From: Eledone cirrhosa
Taxonomy: Eukaryota
Length of the DNA stretch: 64,000 bases
Direction: 5' to 3'
NCBI GenBank assembly: GCA_964016885.1
Contig: OZ024748.1
Location: 56,544,001-56,608,000, forward strand
Within the stretch, counting starts at the first letter, position 1. Each line of letters starts with the position of its first letter. Positions 45,562 through 61,333 of the stretch are shown here, piece by piece. The position numbers were made by a program, and so were the translations under genes. The notes under the pieces were generated by a model. It was not told the DNA's origin. It ran no database searches and worked only from the letters and a program-made list of their open reading frames with translations.

Positions 45562-45652
45562 GACATATAGACATATATATAGACATATATGTATATATAT
45601 ATATAGATAGATATATATGTATATATGTATATAGACATGTATATATATAGAC

Positions 45653-45691
<39 letters not shown>

Positions 45692-45727
45692 GACATATAT
45701 ATATGTATATATACATATATATAGAGA

Positions 45728-45769
<42 letters not shown>

Positions 45770-45870
45770 TATATACACACACATATAGATATATATATAC
45801 ATACACACACATATATATATATATATACATATATATATACACAAATATATATATACATATATATATATAT
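45040..45870. repeat. (TA)n array punctuated by GACATAC units
   Basis: Directly visible. Confidence 0.95.
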
Positions 45871-46007
45871 GTACGTGTGTATGGATGTATGTTTACATGA
45901 GGTAATACAAATGTGTGTGAAAATTTGAGGATGACATGTCAGTCATTAACATTGATAGAGACGCATAAACCGTATATATAGCAATATATTGACATCTGTA
46001 CGAACAA

Positions 46008-46160
46008 GCATGCTCACACACATACCGACATGCCCACACACATACAGACACGCTCACACACATACCGACATGCCCACACACATACAGACACGCTCACACA
46101 CATACCGACATGCCCACACACATACAGACACGCTCACACACATACCGACACGCTCACACA
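46008..46160. repeat. 40-bp minisatellite of two alternating 20-bp CA-derived units, about 3.7 copies
   Basis: catgcccacacacatacaga / cacgctcacacacataccga alternation. Confidence 0.9.
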
Positions 46161-46368
46161 AATACATACATGCGCACACCAACATATATGTGTAAATATA
46201 TGATCTTGTCATTGTGTGTGAGTATTCATTCTTATGCATATCTTTATCACTTATAATTATATATATAATGATAGATAGATAAATGTGTGGCTCCATTTAT
46301 ATATATATATATACATTTATATATATATATACACACATATATATACATATGTGTGTATGCAAACATAA

Positions 46369-46423
<55 letters not shown>

Positions 46424-46544
46424 TACATATATTTATAAATATATATGTATATACTTTGCTGTACATACACACACATATATATATATATATATGTATGTAT
46501 GTATATACATATATACATAGACACACACATATATAAACATATGC

Positions 46545-46613
<69 letters not shown>

Positions 46614-47496
46614 TTCCCTGTATTTGTAATTTATAGAACGTTTCTGAAATGTTTGCGTGAGGGACATAGAAGATGTGTAACAGCTATTTACAGGCATTCC
46701 ATACACTTGCAATGCTGTAATTAAAGCGTAGTGTAAAAGAGCGGTTATTATCTCCACTGTTCGAAATGGACACGCAATATAGAGGCAATTGTTCTGATAC
46801 TATTAGAAATATAAAAGAAAAACACTTCCCAACGGAGCAATGTCTTAATTAAGAAAAATAGCAAAAAGACGATAGTTGGTATGAAGTTGTTTGAAAGACA
46901 TAAATAGTTCAAACTATTATAAAGGCAAACAATAGATGGGAGAAAAATAGATAAAAACAAAAACAAAAGCCAACGGTGTAATCACGATAGATTAGAATCT
47001 TAAGTAAGAGGAAGTAAATTGAGGAAGGAGAATAATACAGACTAGAGCTAAACTTTGAAAAAGAAAAGAAGGGTGGTGGTATTCAATCCAATTAATATTA
47101 GACTAACACATCCATCTTGATTGTCTCTTTTAGTAGTCAAGAAACTATCAAATTGGTCTGAGGCGAAGGTGGTGGAGAGGCAGAATGCCACGTATAGAGA
47201 CTTGATAAATTCTGTCTTTGTTGCTATATGTGGTGTGTGGTACACGATGTTAAACTGTCGTTTCATACAGTAGATATCGTTATTTTTATTTCATTAGAGA
47301 TTTATATATACATTTCGTTGAGTGCTATAGCGTTTAAGTAGGAGATATTGCTGCTCATATTAATACCACCATGCTAGATCTCCCCATGCTGTTTCAATCC
47401 CTTTAGATGCATAGAAATTTCCTTTCTCTAGACACTGTTCCCTATTCACTGTTTTATACATAATATTGACATGGGTTACATACTGAACATACTTGC

Positions 47497-47718
47497 AATA
47501 ATGGTTTCTTATATAGGCACAAGGCCTGTAATATGGGGGGAGGGGAAAGTCGATTAAATCGACCCCAGTACGTGACTGGTACTTTATTTTATCGACCCCT
47601 TAAGTATGAAAGGCAAATTTAACCTCGGCGGGGTTTGAACTCAGTCCGCAAAGGGGCGTAACTCTGTGCTGCAAAGCATAGCGTCCAATCCTCTGCCAAT
47701 ACTGGCAATTCACCACCC

Positions 47719-47762
<44 letters not shown>

Positions 47763-48224
47763 TTCTTTATTGGCCACAAGGGCTGACATCAAGAAAAACA
47801 TTACAGATGGCACAGGACGGTACGATGTGGGTTTTGTGTAATAATTGTTTATACTTTTTGGCACAAGGCCAGCAATTACCCTGTACATTACTGGTACTTT
47901 ATTTTATCGACCTCGTAAGGATGAAAGGCAAAGTTAGCCTCGGTGGGATTTGAACTCAGAATGGCAAGGGCCTTAACTCTATGCGTCAACGTATGGCATC
48001 CGACCCTCTACCGATACTGCCAATTCACCGCCCTGTGTAATAATGGTTTCTACTTTAGGCACAAGGCCAGCAATTACCCAGTTCATTACTGGTACTTTAT
48101 TTTATCGACCCCGTAAGGATGAAAGGCAAAGTGAACCTCGGCGGGATTTGAACTCAGATCGTAAAGGGACGTAACTATGCTGGAAAGCATGGCGTCCGAC
48201 CCTTTACCGATACTGCCAATCCAC
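47497..48224 (-). mobile_element. Cluster of three SINE S1 copies (47497-47718, 47838-48033, 48037-48224)
   Basis: Each matches S1; tgtgtaataat recurs at ~47835, ~48034 and ~48225. Confidence 0.9.
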
Positions 48225-48244
48225 TGTGTAATAATAATAATTAG

Positions 48245-49025
48245 GTATGGGCAAGTATAGTTAGAATGGACAAAAGAAAAGTTGAAGGTAATTGATCGGA
48301 AATTAAGGAACATGGCCAATATCTATCGAAGTATGCATCCACAACGAGATACAGAAAGGTTGTAATGGAAAATAAAAGTGGTAGTAAGCGATTGCTTGAC
48401 ATACAGGATTCTGTCAAAATAGAAGGAAGTAATATGGATTTTAAATATAAATATGAAAGAAAGGCCTATGTTGGAGGTTGACAGGGAGGGCATATTCAGG
48501 AAAAGTGGAGACCCAGAAAAAACAAAGATTGAGATTGCTGAAGAACGTAAAAAAAGAATTTGATGAAAACCTCGTGCATACAGCATCCCTTACGGAAACA
48601 AGAAACGTGTTTGATAACGGAAATACTTGGTTATGGTTACAGAAAGGGTACGTTAAAAAACAAACAGAAGGACTCATATTAGCAGCGCAAGATGAAGCCA
48701 TGTGAACAAGGTGGGGAATAAAATACAAAGAAGGATATTCAAGCTGAATGTAGAATGTGTGGGGAGAAAGTAGAGTCAGTTACACATATCGTTTCAGAGT
48801 TTAAGCAGTTAAAGGAGGATGATTATAAAAAAAGACTTACTAAGGTGGACAAATTAGGGGCTTAAACAGACTTAAAATATGAGACCTTGAAATGAATTGA
48901 AGAGTCACCATTGTCGCAGTGGTGATCGATGGTTTTGACATGGAGACAAAGAACCTTGAAAATAGACATTTTCAGGCATTGAAGAGCCCCGGAAACAGCT
49001 CAAATATTGAGAAAGGTTCTGATCT
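48245..49025 (+). pseudogene. Decayed R4/Dong-like (restriction-like endonuclease) non-LTR retrotransposon fragment
   Basis: HPQRDTERL, TWLWLQKGYVKKQTEGLILAAQDEA, CRMCGEKVESVTHIVSE (CCHC-type knuckle) and terminal TAQILRKVL; stops and frameshifts. Confidence 0.75.
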
Positions 49026-49170
49026 ACCAGCAGAGGTGAAATGACAAAGAATGATAAGAAAAGTGGGAAATCACCCTAAGTTACTAACTGAATTCCAGTA
49101 TTCCCTAAAATATCTGGCCCATAGCAACATCAAAGCTGGTTGTGATAATTAGTAAACGGATAAACGGATA

Positions 49171-49482
49171 AGGGTGGTGGAATTCTGAATTCAAATCCCG
49201 CCGAGGTTAAATTTGCCTATCATCCTTACGAGGTCGATAAAATAAAGTACATGTCACGCACTGGGGTCGATTTAATCGACTTTCCCCTTCCCCATAATTA
49301 TTGGCTTTGTGCCTATATAAGAAACCATTATTATTATTAATATCGGTAGATGCTTTCCATGAGTTCAAATCCCGCCGAGGTTAACTTAGCTTTTCATCCT
49401 TACGGGTTCGATAAAATAAAGTACCAGTAATTATACTGGGTAATTGCTGGCCTTGTGCCAAAAAGTAGAAACAATTATTATT
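49171..49482 (+). mobile_element. Two partial SINE S1 copies (49171-49338, 49360-49482)
   Basis: Central block and tails match. Confidence 0.85.
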
Positions 49483-49749
49483 ATACATATTCATTTGCAA
49501 GATGATGACCTTATTGCCTGGATCATTTAATCGACCCCCTATCAAGTTAAGTAACCTCAAATTGACAGTCCATACTGTAGGATATTTGTTGATCACAGAA
49601 GTACTCTCGTCTGCAAATTGTAATACTGGGACTGATTCCAAATCTAACATGTGCTTTTCTTTTTCTGGAGGTTTTTTTTTCTCATGCATCCGATCAAATT
49701 TGATACCTCTTTTACTTTCATTTTCCCCATTCTCCCGACATTTATTCTT

Positions 49750-50460
49750 AAGTCTACATACTTTACGTTTTTCTTATTTTCGTCACCATTAGTGTAACGG
49801 TCTCCTTACAAGCTACAGCGACCAAGAAACACCTCCACTAAGTACTATCCTCCACCAAAATTATGACAGGCCTAGTATTTTTCAAGACCTTAATCTCTCT
49901 GGGTTGCAAATTTCCACAAGTGATTCATAGACTGATTTTTAAGGACCTTCTCTGATTTGTGCTGTTAATATTTCTCGGTAGTTGCAAACCCATATTATCT
50001 TGACGTCTTTTATAGTCTCACTGCGCAAGAATGCTACAGGCATCACTATGTGTGTCGCACTTTCTATCTTCTTCTCACATAACCTACACTTATTTGCTTC
50101 ATCTGGGTTATATATATTCCGTATCGAGTTTCAGTGCTTCTGACTCTCCCTTAAGAGCAATTTTTGTCAACAAATTCCAAGACAAAACTACTTTTACTTC
50201 TTTCATGTCTCTTTCAAATTGATCATACTTTATTTGTGCTCAGTTTCTCACCCAACGGTCTCTGTTTGTAATTTTCTTTACTTCCAATGATTTCAATGCA
50301 TAGGGTTCTATATTTGGCGAAATGCCTTAAAGGTGCTTCTTTACTGCTGGCCAAATACGCGTCCACGGACGTTCATTTGTTAACCACACAATCATTCAGA
50401 TTTACAAGTCCTCGACCTCCCTTTTCCAAGGTGTACATAGCCTTATGACATTTGCCTTAA
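49750..50460 (-). pseudogene. Second decayed R4/Dong-like LINE fragment
   Basis: Minus-strand peptides EKGGRGLVN (~50400-50430), KCRLCEKKIESATHI / CSILAQ.DYKRRQDN (~50000-50090) and TRPVII (RPDI-like, ~49870). Confidence 0.65.
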
Positions 50461-50462
50461 CA

Positions 50463-51128
50463 AAATAATAACTGTTTCTACTTTTGGCACAAGGCCAGCA
50501 ATTATCCCAGTGTATTACTGGTACTTTATTTTATCGACCCCGTAAGGATGAAAGATAAAGTTTACCTCGGTGGGATTTGAACTCACACCATAAAGGGCCG
50601 TAACTCTTTGCTTCAAAGCATGGCGTCCGACCCTCTACCGATACAGCCAATCCAAACGATATAATAATGATGATATTACTGCTGATGTTAGCGATGATGT
50701 TTATGACGATGTTAGTTATGATAATGGTATGATGACGAGGGGGATAACAATGCTTTCTTATATAGGCAATTTTGGGGGAGGGGATAGTCAAATGAATCGA
50801 CCCCAGTGCGTGACTAGTACTTTATTTTATCGAACCCGAAAAGGCAAAGTTAACCTTGGCGGGATTTGAACTCAGATCATAAAGGGACACAACTCTATGC
50901 TGCAAAGCATGGCGTCCAACACTCTACCAATACTGTCAATCAACTAATAATTGTTTCTATATTTGGCACAAGGCAAGGAAATTACACAGTGCATTACTGG
51001 TACTTTATTTCATCGATCCCGTAAGGATGAAAGGCAAAGTTAACCTCGGCGGGATATGTACACAGTCCGTAAAGGGACGTAACTGTGCTGCAAAGAATGG
51101 CGCCCGACCCTCTACCGTTGCTGCCAAT
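50463..51128 (-). mobile_element. Cluster of three SINE S1 copies (50463-50653, 50746-50942, 50946-51128)
   Basis: Match to the S1 consensus; the middle copy is the long variant. Confidence 0.88.
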
Positions 51129-51661
51129 GATGATAGTGTTGATAATAATTATGACGGCGAGAACGATGATGATTATGATGATCTAACCAAAAGAAAAAAA
51201 CGTGATAAGAAATTAGATTTCAAACAGGGAGAAAAAATCAGAAGACAGCCAATCGACAACAATACTTACCCAAATAATAATTTAAAATAAATAAGATCAC
51301 AGAGTAATTTTGATATTTCGCAGACTTAAATCCTGAGGCAGTGGCCGCCTCTCTCTTATTCAGTCTAAAGTTTATAGTATTTCATATTTTTATTTTTACT
51401 TTTAATTCTCAATACTAATGTAGATTGGTGCGTGTTACGATCATGAAGATCAACAGCACGGAAGGAGTCAGGAAGATGGTGCATAAACTTACACCCACAC
51501 ACATACATACACATGCATACATACATATATATGCGTGTGTATGTGTGTATTTGCCCGTTTGTATATCTATCTATATATCACTCATTCTCTCTATAAATAT
51601 ATATATATGTGTGTTTGTACGTGTGTATCTCACTTTCTATCGCACTATCTGTGTGTGTATG

Positions 51662-51741
<80 letters not shown>

Positions 51742-52167
51742 GAGAGACATATAATATACATATATCTATCTATCTATATATATATATATAGACAGAGAGA
51801 TAAATAGATAGATATATATATACATACATACATACTCCCAATAACACAATGGAGTCTGAACCTCAAAGTACCAGATGGCACAAAATGACCAAATGCTGCC
51901 ACGACTGAGTAAACGATAGATAGATCAAGTTAAGACTTGGGGATTAAACTCAAGGCTGTAGTATTTCGTCTTTTCATAGCAATGAAAGATAAAAGACTAT
52001 GCACCAGACACATGTAATGGAGCAGAAGACTGAAACAAGAACCCGTCGTCCACGCAATGTAGTTTTATATATAGATAACAAAACAACTTGCTTTATAGTA
52101 ATTCAGTCGTATAACTTTCTAATAGACTGACATACACTCTCATCCCCATACACCCGTATTATATCCT

Positions 52168-52200
<33 letters not shown>

Positions 52201-52224
52201 CATACACAAACATATTTATATATG

Positions 52225-52258
<34 letters not shown>

Positions 52259-52750
52259 TGAACATATATATATATAAAGAGAGAGACATGTATACATATA
52301 TATAGATATATGTGTGCGTATATATATAAAGAGAGAGACATGTATACATATATATATATAGATATATGTGTGTGTGTATATATGTTTATATAACCCGGGC
52401 GGACGAGAACGAAAAACTTGTTGACGAAGTAAATTCCTAGTTCTATCTTCCAAAAACCATTAACTTGCAGACCCCTGCAAGTGGATTTTGTCGATTTCGA
52501 AATTTACAGAAACCTACCGGAGATATTATATATTATATGTGATGTATATTATAAGGTAGATATCATGTGTTGTGTATGATGTCGACGCGATGGTTCAGGT
52601 TAGTCAAATTTTTATCCTGAGTTCAGTTTTTTTCGTCGCTATGGTCACTGCAAAGCTGTCTAAACGAAATGTTATAACTCTAAGGTAATATACCCTATTG
52701 AGTGCTTAGCTGCAAACTGAGATTGCATTCGTTAGCTTGGCTGCAACATA

Positions 52751-52781
<31 letters not shown>

Positions 52782-52787
<6 letters not shown>

Positions 52788-52920
52788 TAAAATAACAGAT
52801 TAAAGTTTCAGCAAAGAATCGCTGCTTTCACCCTTAACGGGATTTTCTGAAACTAACAAAGTCAATCCTTGAACGCAGAAGTGAATATTCTTATCGAGCC
52901 CTCTTTAGTCTTCAAATTTA

Positions 52921-52930
<10 letters not shown>
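52782..52930. mobile_element. Family A internally deleted fold-back copy in (TA)n
   Basis: Short arm 52782-52850 plus tail 52888-52930 matching 4601-4650 in reverse. Confidence 0.75.
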
Positions 52931-52951
<21 letters not shown>

Positions 52952-52966
52952 GTTTATATACATGTT

Positions 52967-53033
<67 letters not shown>

Positions 53034-53092
53034 GTTTATGTATATATATATATATATATGTATATATAAATGTTTATGTATATATACATGTT

Positions 53093-53126
<34 letters not shown>

Positions 53127-53139
53127 ATATATACATTTT

Positions 53140-53198
<59 letters not shown>

Positions 53199-53294
53199 GT
53201 CTGTATACATATATGTACGTACGTATACATACTTATATCTAAGTAACAGCCGTACTAAGAGTGGGAAATGAAATTTCGTTTCATTTTTTCCGTT

Positions 53295-53406
<112 letters not shown>

Positions 53407-53798
53407 TATATACATTTTTATGTATATATATATATATATATATCCAAATCCCTCACTTCACCAGTTTCATTTCACATTCTACCTCCTCTTCTAACCCCTG
53501 ATCCACATTTGTGTGAATTTATCCTTACATCTCTCTCAAATCCTCTCCCCCAAAGCAGACATCTACAAAATCATCAACTTTGTAAGTTTCTGTATCTATC
53601 AACCAGAATATTCCCCAAAATCTCCGCCTTAAATTCTACCCTACATCTTACCCCCAACCATTCTACTAGTGGGACTACTTCAAAGGTCTCGGCCCTCGAG
53701 CATCAAAATGTAGGCTGGGAACAGGCAGGAATTGTGAACAGAAGGAGGTGATAACGGGAGGAGAGGATTGAATGAAGGAATGAAAGGTGTCAAGCTCT

Positions 53799-53857
<59 letters not shown>

Positions 53858-54962
53858 AGAGCTGGTATCGTATAACTCCAGGTTGTATTCAATGGAGATG
53901 ATGTAAGACTTAATGTAACCAAACAAAAACAAATAGAGTGTGTGTGTGGTTCATATTGGCTACACTGACTGTCCCAATAACCTGCCGGTAGAGGTCCCCC
54001 AGACTGAAATCAATTTAGTGTACGAACGAGCTCAGAAAGCCGGTGAAGAGTGGAAGTAATATGGTAGGGTGCGGGACGTAAAACAAAGGAGAAATCTTAT
54101 TCCTCCAATTTCTGTTTTCCACCTCGCTGTTTATTAGGGAAAACCAGTCACTACTTGCAAGACCGTGTAAAACTTTTCAGAAGATCTTAACTCACCCTCA
54201 CAGTTTCTATAATGACCACCAAACTATCTAGAATATCCATTTATCCTTGGGTACATGGAAACACATACATACACACACGCGCACACAAACACAGACACTC
54301 AAACATGCCTCTCAAACCACATGAATACACACACTAACTCTCACACACATACACACACAAATATGCCTCTCAAACCACATCTATACACACACTAACACAC
54401 ATCAATCTTATATAATAACAAAGGTAATTTTATATCCCAGCACACACACTCTAATATTCCTACTTACACACATGCATATGCACACCTTAGTGGAACCTTA
54501 GTTCTACCATGCCAGGCTGTTCTATAAATCTTTTATATTCATCTAACACTATTCCATCATCATTTTATATAATGAGGAACTGTGTTATATAACTATATCT
54601 CTCATAATTCTTGATTATTTTCGTTATCAATTGTAATTGAATTATAAATGCAATGCCTTTACTTAGAAATATGATAAAAAAATGGTAAATACAAATACAA
54701 GATAAAAGTAATTAAGAGGTAAGATATTCTGTATGAATTGATATTAAACATTCATAATTATCAAGTATTGTCTGCTCTGACAAGACTGAATACCAGGATT
54801 ACTTGTAATGTTATTCAGACATGACTAAAGTTGTAAACAAAGGGAAGTTTCAATTATTTGGTCAGGTAGGCCAGAGTGTGGTTAGAACTTGGTGTACAAG
54901 ACACCTGAACAAACTGATCAAACACTAAAATACAAAAGCTACATATTATATATATATATATA

Positions 54963-55064
54963 TAGATTGTACCCCCAAAATGTATACACACTTCAACACA
55001 GCATTCTTATAAATATTGCCTGTACAGGAAATCAAAGTGTGAATACATATTTTGGGACACCCTA
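54963..55064. mobile_element. Tc1/mariner-type MITE (~100 bp, imperfect ~30-bp TIRs) in (TA)n
   Basis: Right end on the minus strand reads tagggtgtcccaaaatatgtattcacactt, like a Tc1/mariner CAGGGTGTCCCAAAA terminus; left end tagattgtacccccaaaatgtatacacactt. Confidence 0.65.
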
Positions 55065-55087
55065 TATATAAATACACACACATATAT

Positions 55088-55148
<61 letters not shown>

Positions 55149-55164
55149 TATATATATATATATA

Positions 55165-55229
<65 letters not shown>

Positions 55230-55858
55230 GTATATATATACATATATATATATAACATTAATAAGCAGCGTGCGTTGAGAATTATGTTACTTTCCGTCTT
55301 TGTCTATATACATAATTGCTCGCTCGAGGGTTTTTTTACAAATTACTTTACATGGTTGCAATTCTAGTCCAAGGATTTCTCTTAGAATCTCCTTTGGGAA
55401 GTAGAGAATGTTGATATTGTTTTGATTGCGTGTGTGTGTTTAATTGTGATATCTAAGGCTTCTTTTATTAGTAGATTTTCTAAATAGGTTTTCGACGGGA
55501 CACGTTAATAGGATACCTTCAGGGATATCATTGGACTAAGAACTTCTATGGGTTTTTATCGAAGGAGTTTGTGTCGATAGCTTTGTTGCATCAGTATTGT
55601 CCTACGGTGGAGTGCCTTTCTTTTACTGGTGTTCAATGTGACTATTTAAGGTTTTCAGAAGACAATGAGTAGGAAGTGATATTGGTCTTTTCTCCCATCA
55701 TCTTCTGTGTGAAAGAAAACAACTTTCTTTCATTTTTCTCCCATAATTATATATCTAAAGTTAGTAGGTTTTGTCATCTCCTACAATAATTAGTTTTTGT
55801 GGTATATATATATATATACATACATATACATGTGTATGTGCATCTGAGCATATATGTG

Positions 55859-55920
<62 letters not shown>

Positions 55921-56469
55921 CGTGTATTTATACATGTATGTATGTATGCTTGTATATATGCATGTATGTATACAAATCATGTGACTTTCAACTTCCCGGG
56001 GATATCATTCGATGACGTAGTTCAATTTTGTAGGGCATTCATTTCATTTCTTTTACAGTGGTGAAAATATTTAGGCGGGGTTGGGTGTGGTCAAGCAAAG
56101 GGGAAAGAAGAGACTCAACTAGATTTCCTTAAATTGGTCGATCGTTCATGTGAGTAATTTAGACAAAACCCTACCTAACTCGTCGAATATTATTGGACAA
56201 CAACGAAATTCATTTTTCGTCATCCACGATTCTATATGTTGACTCAAGTGGTGGCATATTTCTTGTGAATGGTGGCTTATATGTTGACTGCTACGTCTTG
56301 TCTGTTTGTTGGACATAACGTTCATGACAACTTCTAAATATGTTATATATGATACACTATTTAAGTATGTGGTGAAATTAGCGACGTTCTTATAAATAGC
56401 TACTCCAGAGTTTAGTCGATTGCATTTAATATATTTAGGTACTTGTAGGTAGATCCATACTATCTTTTT

Positions 56470-56535
56470 AGGTCAACTTTGCCTTTCACCATTTTGAGGT
56501 CAATAAAAATGTACCAGTTTAGTACTGGGTTGAAC
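56470..56535 (+). mobile_element. Degenerate SINE S1 central block
   Basis: ggtcaactttgcctttcaccattttgaggtcaataaaaatgtaccag. Confidence 0.6.
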
Positions 56536-57589
56536 TCTTCCTCTATATCTTTTTCGCATTTTCATCTCATTTTCTATCTTTCTCTGGAAGAAATCTGCTA
56601 TACTCAGACCAGGAGAAGGATGGGCTCTGTCAGGTTTTAAAATGCCCAAGAAATGCCGCATGACAATATCAGATATTACGACACTATCAGATATTACGGG
56701 ACCATACATGTATACTATCTTTTTTAGGTATTTGATTCTTCTTTAGTGTTAATTATCGGGTTGATTTTATGCGTTTTCGGTCCTTTTTTTTAATAGACTT
56801 CAACGTTCTTTGTAAAAGTTGTCAAAATATACAATACAAAAATTTGTTCTTTCAGTTTGCTTTCTTTTTCTTTCCCGGGGTCACCAGACGTTTTGTATAA
56901 TTCTTTTGAATTTGTCTACACGATGAGTATTTCAGCCATCTAGTTAACCCTGTGGTCCTTTGTTAAATTTTAAACTGTTATGTAGAAATGCTCAGGTACA
57001 TTTAAATTAATTGTTTGTCTATATTGATGTCGATATGATATGGAAAATAGAACAAATAATAATATCGCACAAATACACGAGTTTTATATAACCACCGTTC
57101 TGAAGGTTTGCAAACAAACGTCTATATGGCTGACTTTGAAACCGGATTATTGTGAGATGAATTATATAATAAATTTTATAATTATATCATTAATCCTTTT
57201 GTTTTTTTAAACAGGCTCAGTGAAAATATTTAGATGGGGATGTAGAGGTTTATTTATGCTGAATATTTGTTCCGGAAAGCATGGTGTCGTCTGGGAAAGA
57301 ATAAAAGGCATAGTGGACATGGTGGAAATGGTGTGTTTTCAACTCAGAGTGGAAGCGGCTGTAAAGAATTGTGTACACTCCAGATTCTGCAAACAACTGA
57401 TATTAAATTAAAGAAAACAACAACAACAACGACCACAACAACATATATAACACATTATCACTAGCAACAACAATAACAATTAGACAACAACAAAAGTAGC
57501 AGCAATAAATAAAACGAAAACGCTCAACTGCTTTTGTACAGGTAATGCTGCCTCACAGACTAGAATAGTTTGGTCTGGAATTTTTCATC

Positions 57590-57661
<72 letters not shown>

Positions 57662-58639
57662 CACACCCCGACATAAACCGATACACCGCGCTACACATTG
57701 TCACACAATTGCATCACCATACACACACAAGTACATACATCTACATATATATATACACACACATACACAACATTAAAGATAGAATGAAAAATGTACAAAT
57801 GCATTCCATTCGACTTGAGACGGAATAAATTTCGGAAAAATCAAAAAGCCTAGATGAAAAGTGAGAATGATTGCCGCAAAGATAAACGACGTCTCGCGTG
57901 CTGCAGGAATTTTGTCCAAGACATATGGATTATGATGAACAGGCTAAATGATATAGACAAGAAAGCCGAGGTCAAACATGAAGAACAAAGTAAGAAAGCA
58001 AAAAGAAAAAAAAAAGGAAAAATTTAATATACAAATGGACGTTGAGTTAAAAATGAGCAAATCAGTCTGATAGAGGATTAGGAAGAGAAAGAAAGAGAGA
58101 TACACCATGTACGTGTGTGTATGGGAAAGGCGGACTGCATATATGTAAATATGTATGTATATATAGACATATATATATACACACATCAGCACACACACAC
58201 ACACGTATATGTACATATATATATATACTCACATACGTACACATAACATATATATATATACACATATATATACATATATATATACACACATATATATACA
58301 TATATATATATATATATAAATACATATATATATATATAGATATATATACACATATATATATATATAGATATATATACACATATATATATATATATAGATA
58401 TATATACACATATATATATATATATAGATATATATAAATACATATATATATATAGATATATATATACGCATATATATATATAGATATATATATACACACA
58501 CGCATATATATATATATATATACTCACATACGCACACAAATATATATATACACACACATATATATATATATACTCACATACGCACACAAATATATATATA
58601 CACACACATATATATATATATATATACTGACATACGCAA

Positions 58640-58670
<31 letters not shown>

Positions 58671-58680
58671 CTCGCATACG

Positions 58681-58722
<42 letters not shown>

Positions 58723-58822
58723 ATATTATATATACATATATATATATGTATATATATTATATATATATATATATTATATATATATATATATATTATATAT
58801 ATATATATATATTATATATATA

Positions 58823-58853
<31 letters not shown>

Positions 58854-59619
58854 CTGAGAGCAAGAGAGGTAGAAAGATAATGGAATTCAGAAATTATGAG
58901 GGGAAATGTGGGGTGGGGAGGGTTATGTGTATATGAAGGAATGAAGAGATGGAGACAGACGGACAAATACTGAGAGGGAGAAAAATGGAGAGAGTGAGAG
59001 AATGTGAGTGAGTGAGAGGTGTATAGAAAGAAGGGTAAAATGAGAGTGATGGACATAGAGACAGTCATAGAAAGACACACTGACAGTCTGACAGATAGAA
59101 AAATGATTTGTAGTGAAGAAATTTCTTGAAAGAGATGAAAGATGGAAGAGAGTATGGAGATAGAAAGAGTGAAGCGCAAATGAAGGTAGTGGAGAAGGAA
59201 GGGCTGGGGGGGGGGGGTAATATGTGGGGAAAGTTGGGGATAGGTGAGGTTTAAAATAAGGGAGATAAGAGGAGTGGAGTTGTGGTTGGGTGGGAAGAAG
59301 AGAAAATAGGGAAGCAAAGAGTATATTGGAAAGAAAGGGTGAGCTGGATCATGAGAGGAGTTGAAGGTTTGACCAAGACAGAGATTGTCGGCGAAATCTT
59401 GCTCTTAGTTTCTAAGCATTATTATTATCATTATTATTATTAGTAGTAGTAGTAGTAGTGGTAGTGGTGGTAGTAGTAGTAGTGGTAATATGAGGAGGAG
59501 GGGGTGGAGGAGGAAGATGGAGAGAGAGAGAAGGAGAACATGTTAAAATAAACCCTGAAATAGTAATCAACGAATAGGTTACAAATGATACATACATTTA
59601 TATATATATGTATATACAC

Positions 59620-59657
<38 letters not shown>

Positions 59658-59877
59658 AGAGAGAGAGAGAGATAGAGAAGGAGTATGGAGGGAGCGAGAA
59701 AGGGAGGTAGATATAGAGGGAGAGAGAAGAGGAGAGAGGGAGAGAGAGGGGAGAGAGGGGTTGAGAGGGAGAGGGAGAGAGAGATGTATATATACACACA
59801 CATAAATGTGTTCATTAAATATTTAAAGATTTAAGTATATAAATGTGTATATATATACGTGAGTATGTATGTGTATA

Positions 59878-59914
<37 letters not shown>

Positions 59915-59931
59915 GTGAGTATGTATATGTG

Positions 59932-59978
<47 letters not shown>

Positions 59979-60049
59979 GTGTGAGTATGTATATGTGTAT
60001 ATACATATATATATATGTATATATATATATACGTGAGTATGTATATGTG

Positions 60050-60080
<31 letters not shown>

Positions 60081-60163
60081 GTGCGTATATATATATACAT
60101 GTATATATATATATATGTGTGTGTGTGTTTGTTTGTCTCAGAGAAAGCGCTGGATTAAGTGCA

Positions 60164-60207
<44 letters not shown>

Positions 60208-60461
60208 ATTGCATGGTGTATACATGTTTATATATGTAAATAAAGTGATATGAAGACTCCACATAGAAAACCGCTGGCTTCCCTGGCTTTCGTTTTTCTT
60301 GCTATAGGTTTTTTAATATATTGCTATTTGAACTATTCTTTGCTTCTATGTTTATATTCGTTATATTTGCTAAAAGTAGTAACTGATTAGAATTATTTCT
60401 GGTGAGATAAAAGCACAAAACTATATATAGAAATTTATAAATATACTTACACACACTGAAT

Positions 60462-60510
<49 letters not shown>

Positions 60511-60556
60511 CTGGAGAGAATGGGGGAGAGAGAGAATGAGAGGGAGAGAGAGAGAA

Positions 60557-60589
<33 letters not shown>

Positions 60590-61278
60590 CATATATATTT
60601 ATTTATTTATATATGTATATATTCGGAGACATATATATAGATATATATATATAAATATATATATGTGTGTGTTTGTGAGTGTTTTTGTGTGTGTTATCTG
60701 TGTTCTAAATGATCAGCAGTAGTGATTTTAAATAGGATTTTTCAAAGAGTAAAGGAATTCCGGCATTGGCTTGGAGCTTTTAGAGGTTAGACAATCAGTA
60801 TGATTCGTTTTTATGTTTCCAAATAATATGAAGAAACGGACAATACGAAATGAGTTTAATGCAATTTCGAGTTAAACACCCAAACCAGATACAAACCCCT
60901 CATCAAACTAAATTTCTTATTCAATGCTTTTAATAGATTCTACGCTTCGCAATTTGCCATTAATTTAGTTGGGCACTTGCAAACACATTACGTTGACCAT
61001 CATCTAGATAACTTCTAAAATACAATCTCCATAATGTGAGCCGCATAATATAATTTTCATTAGTTAAATTCCATAATATAGAATGCTTAAGATAAATATC
61101 ATAATATGAATTATGTATGTATGTATGTATGTATGTATGAAGTAACGACGACGACATATAACGATTTGTATGAATGAACTCATCTGTCTGTGTGTGTCAC
61201 TGAATTTTGGTTCCTATGTGTATGTACGTGTGAATGTACCTATGTATGTATCTCCCTATTAATGTAGCTATCTATCGA

Positions 61279-61330
<52 letters not shown>

Positions 61331-61333
<3 letters not shown>

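Noticed and set aside
55430-55700. Possible decayed GIY-YIG fragment on the minus strand (RKTYLENLLI)
   Set aside because: Too degenerate to support without a translated profile search.
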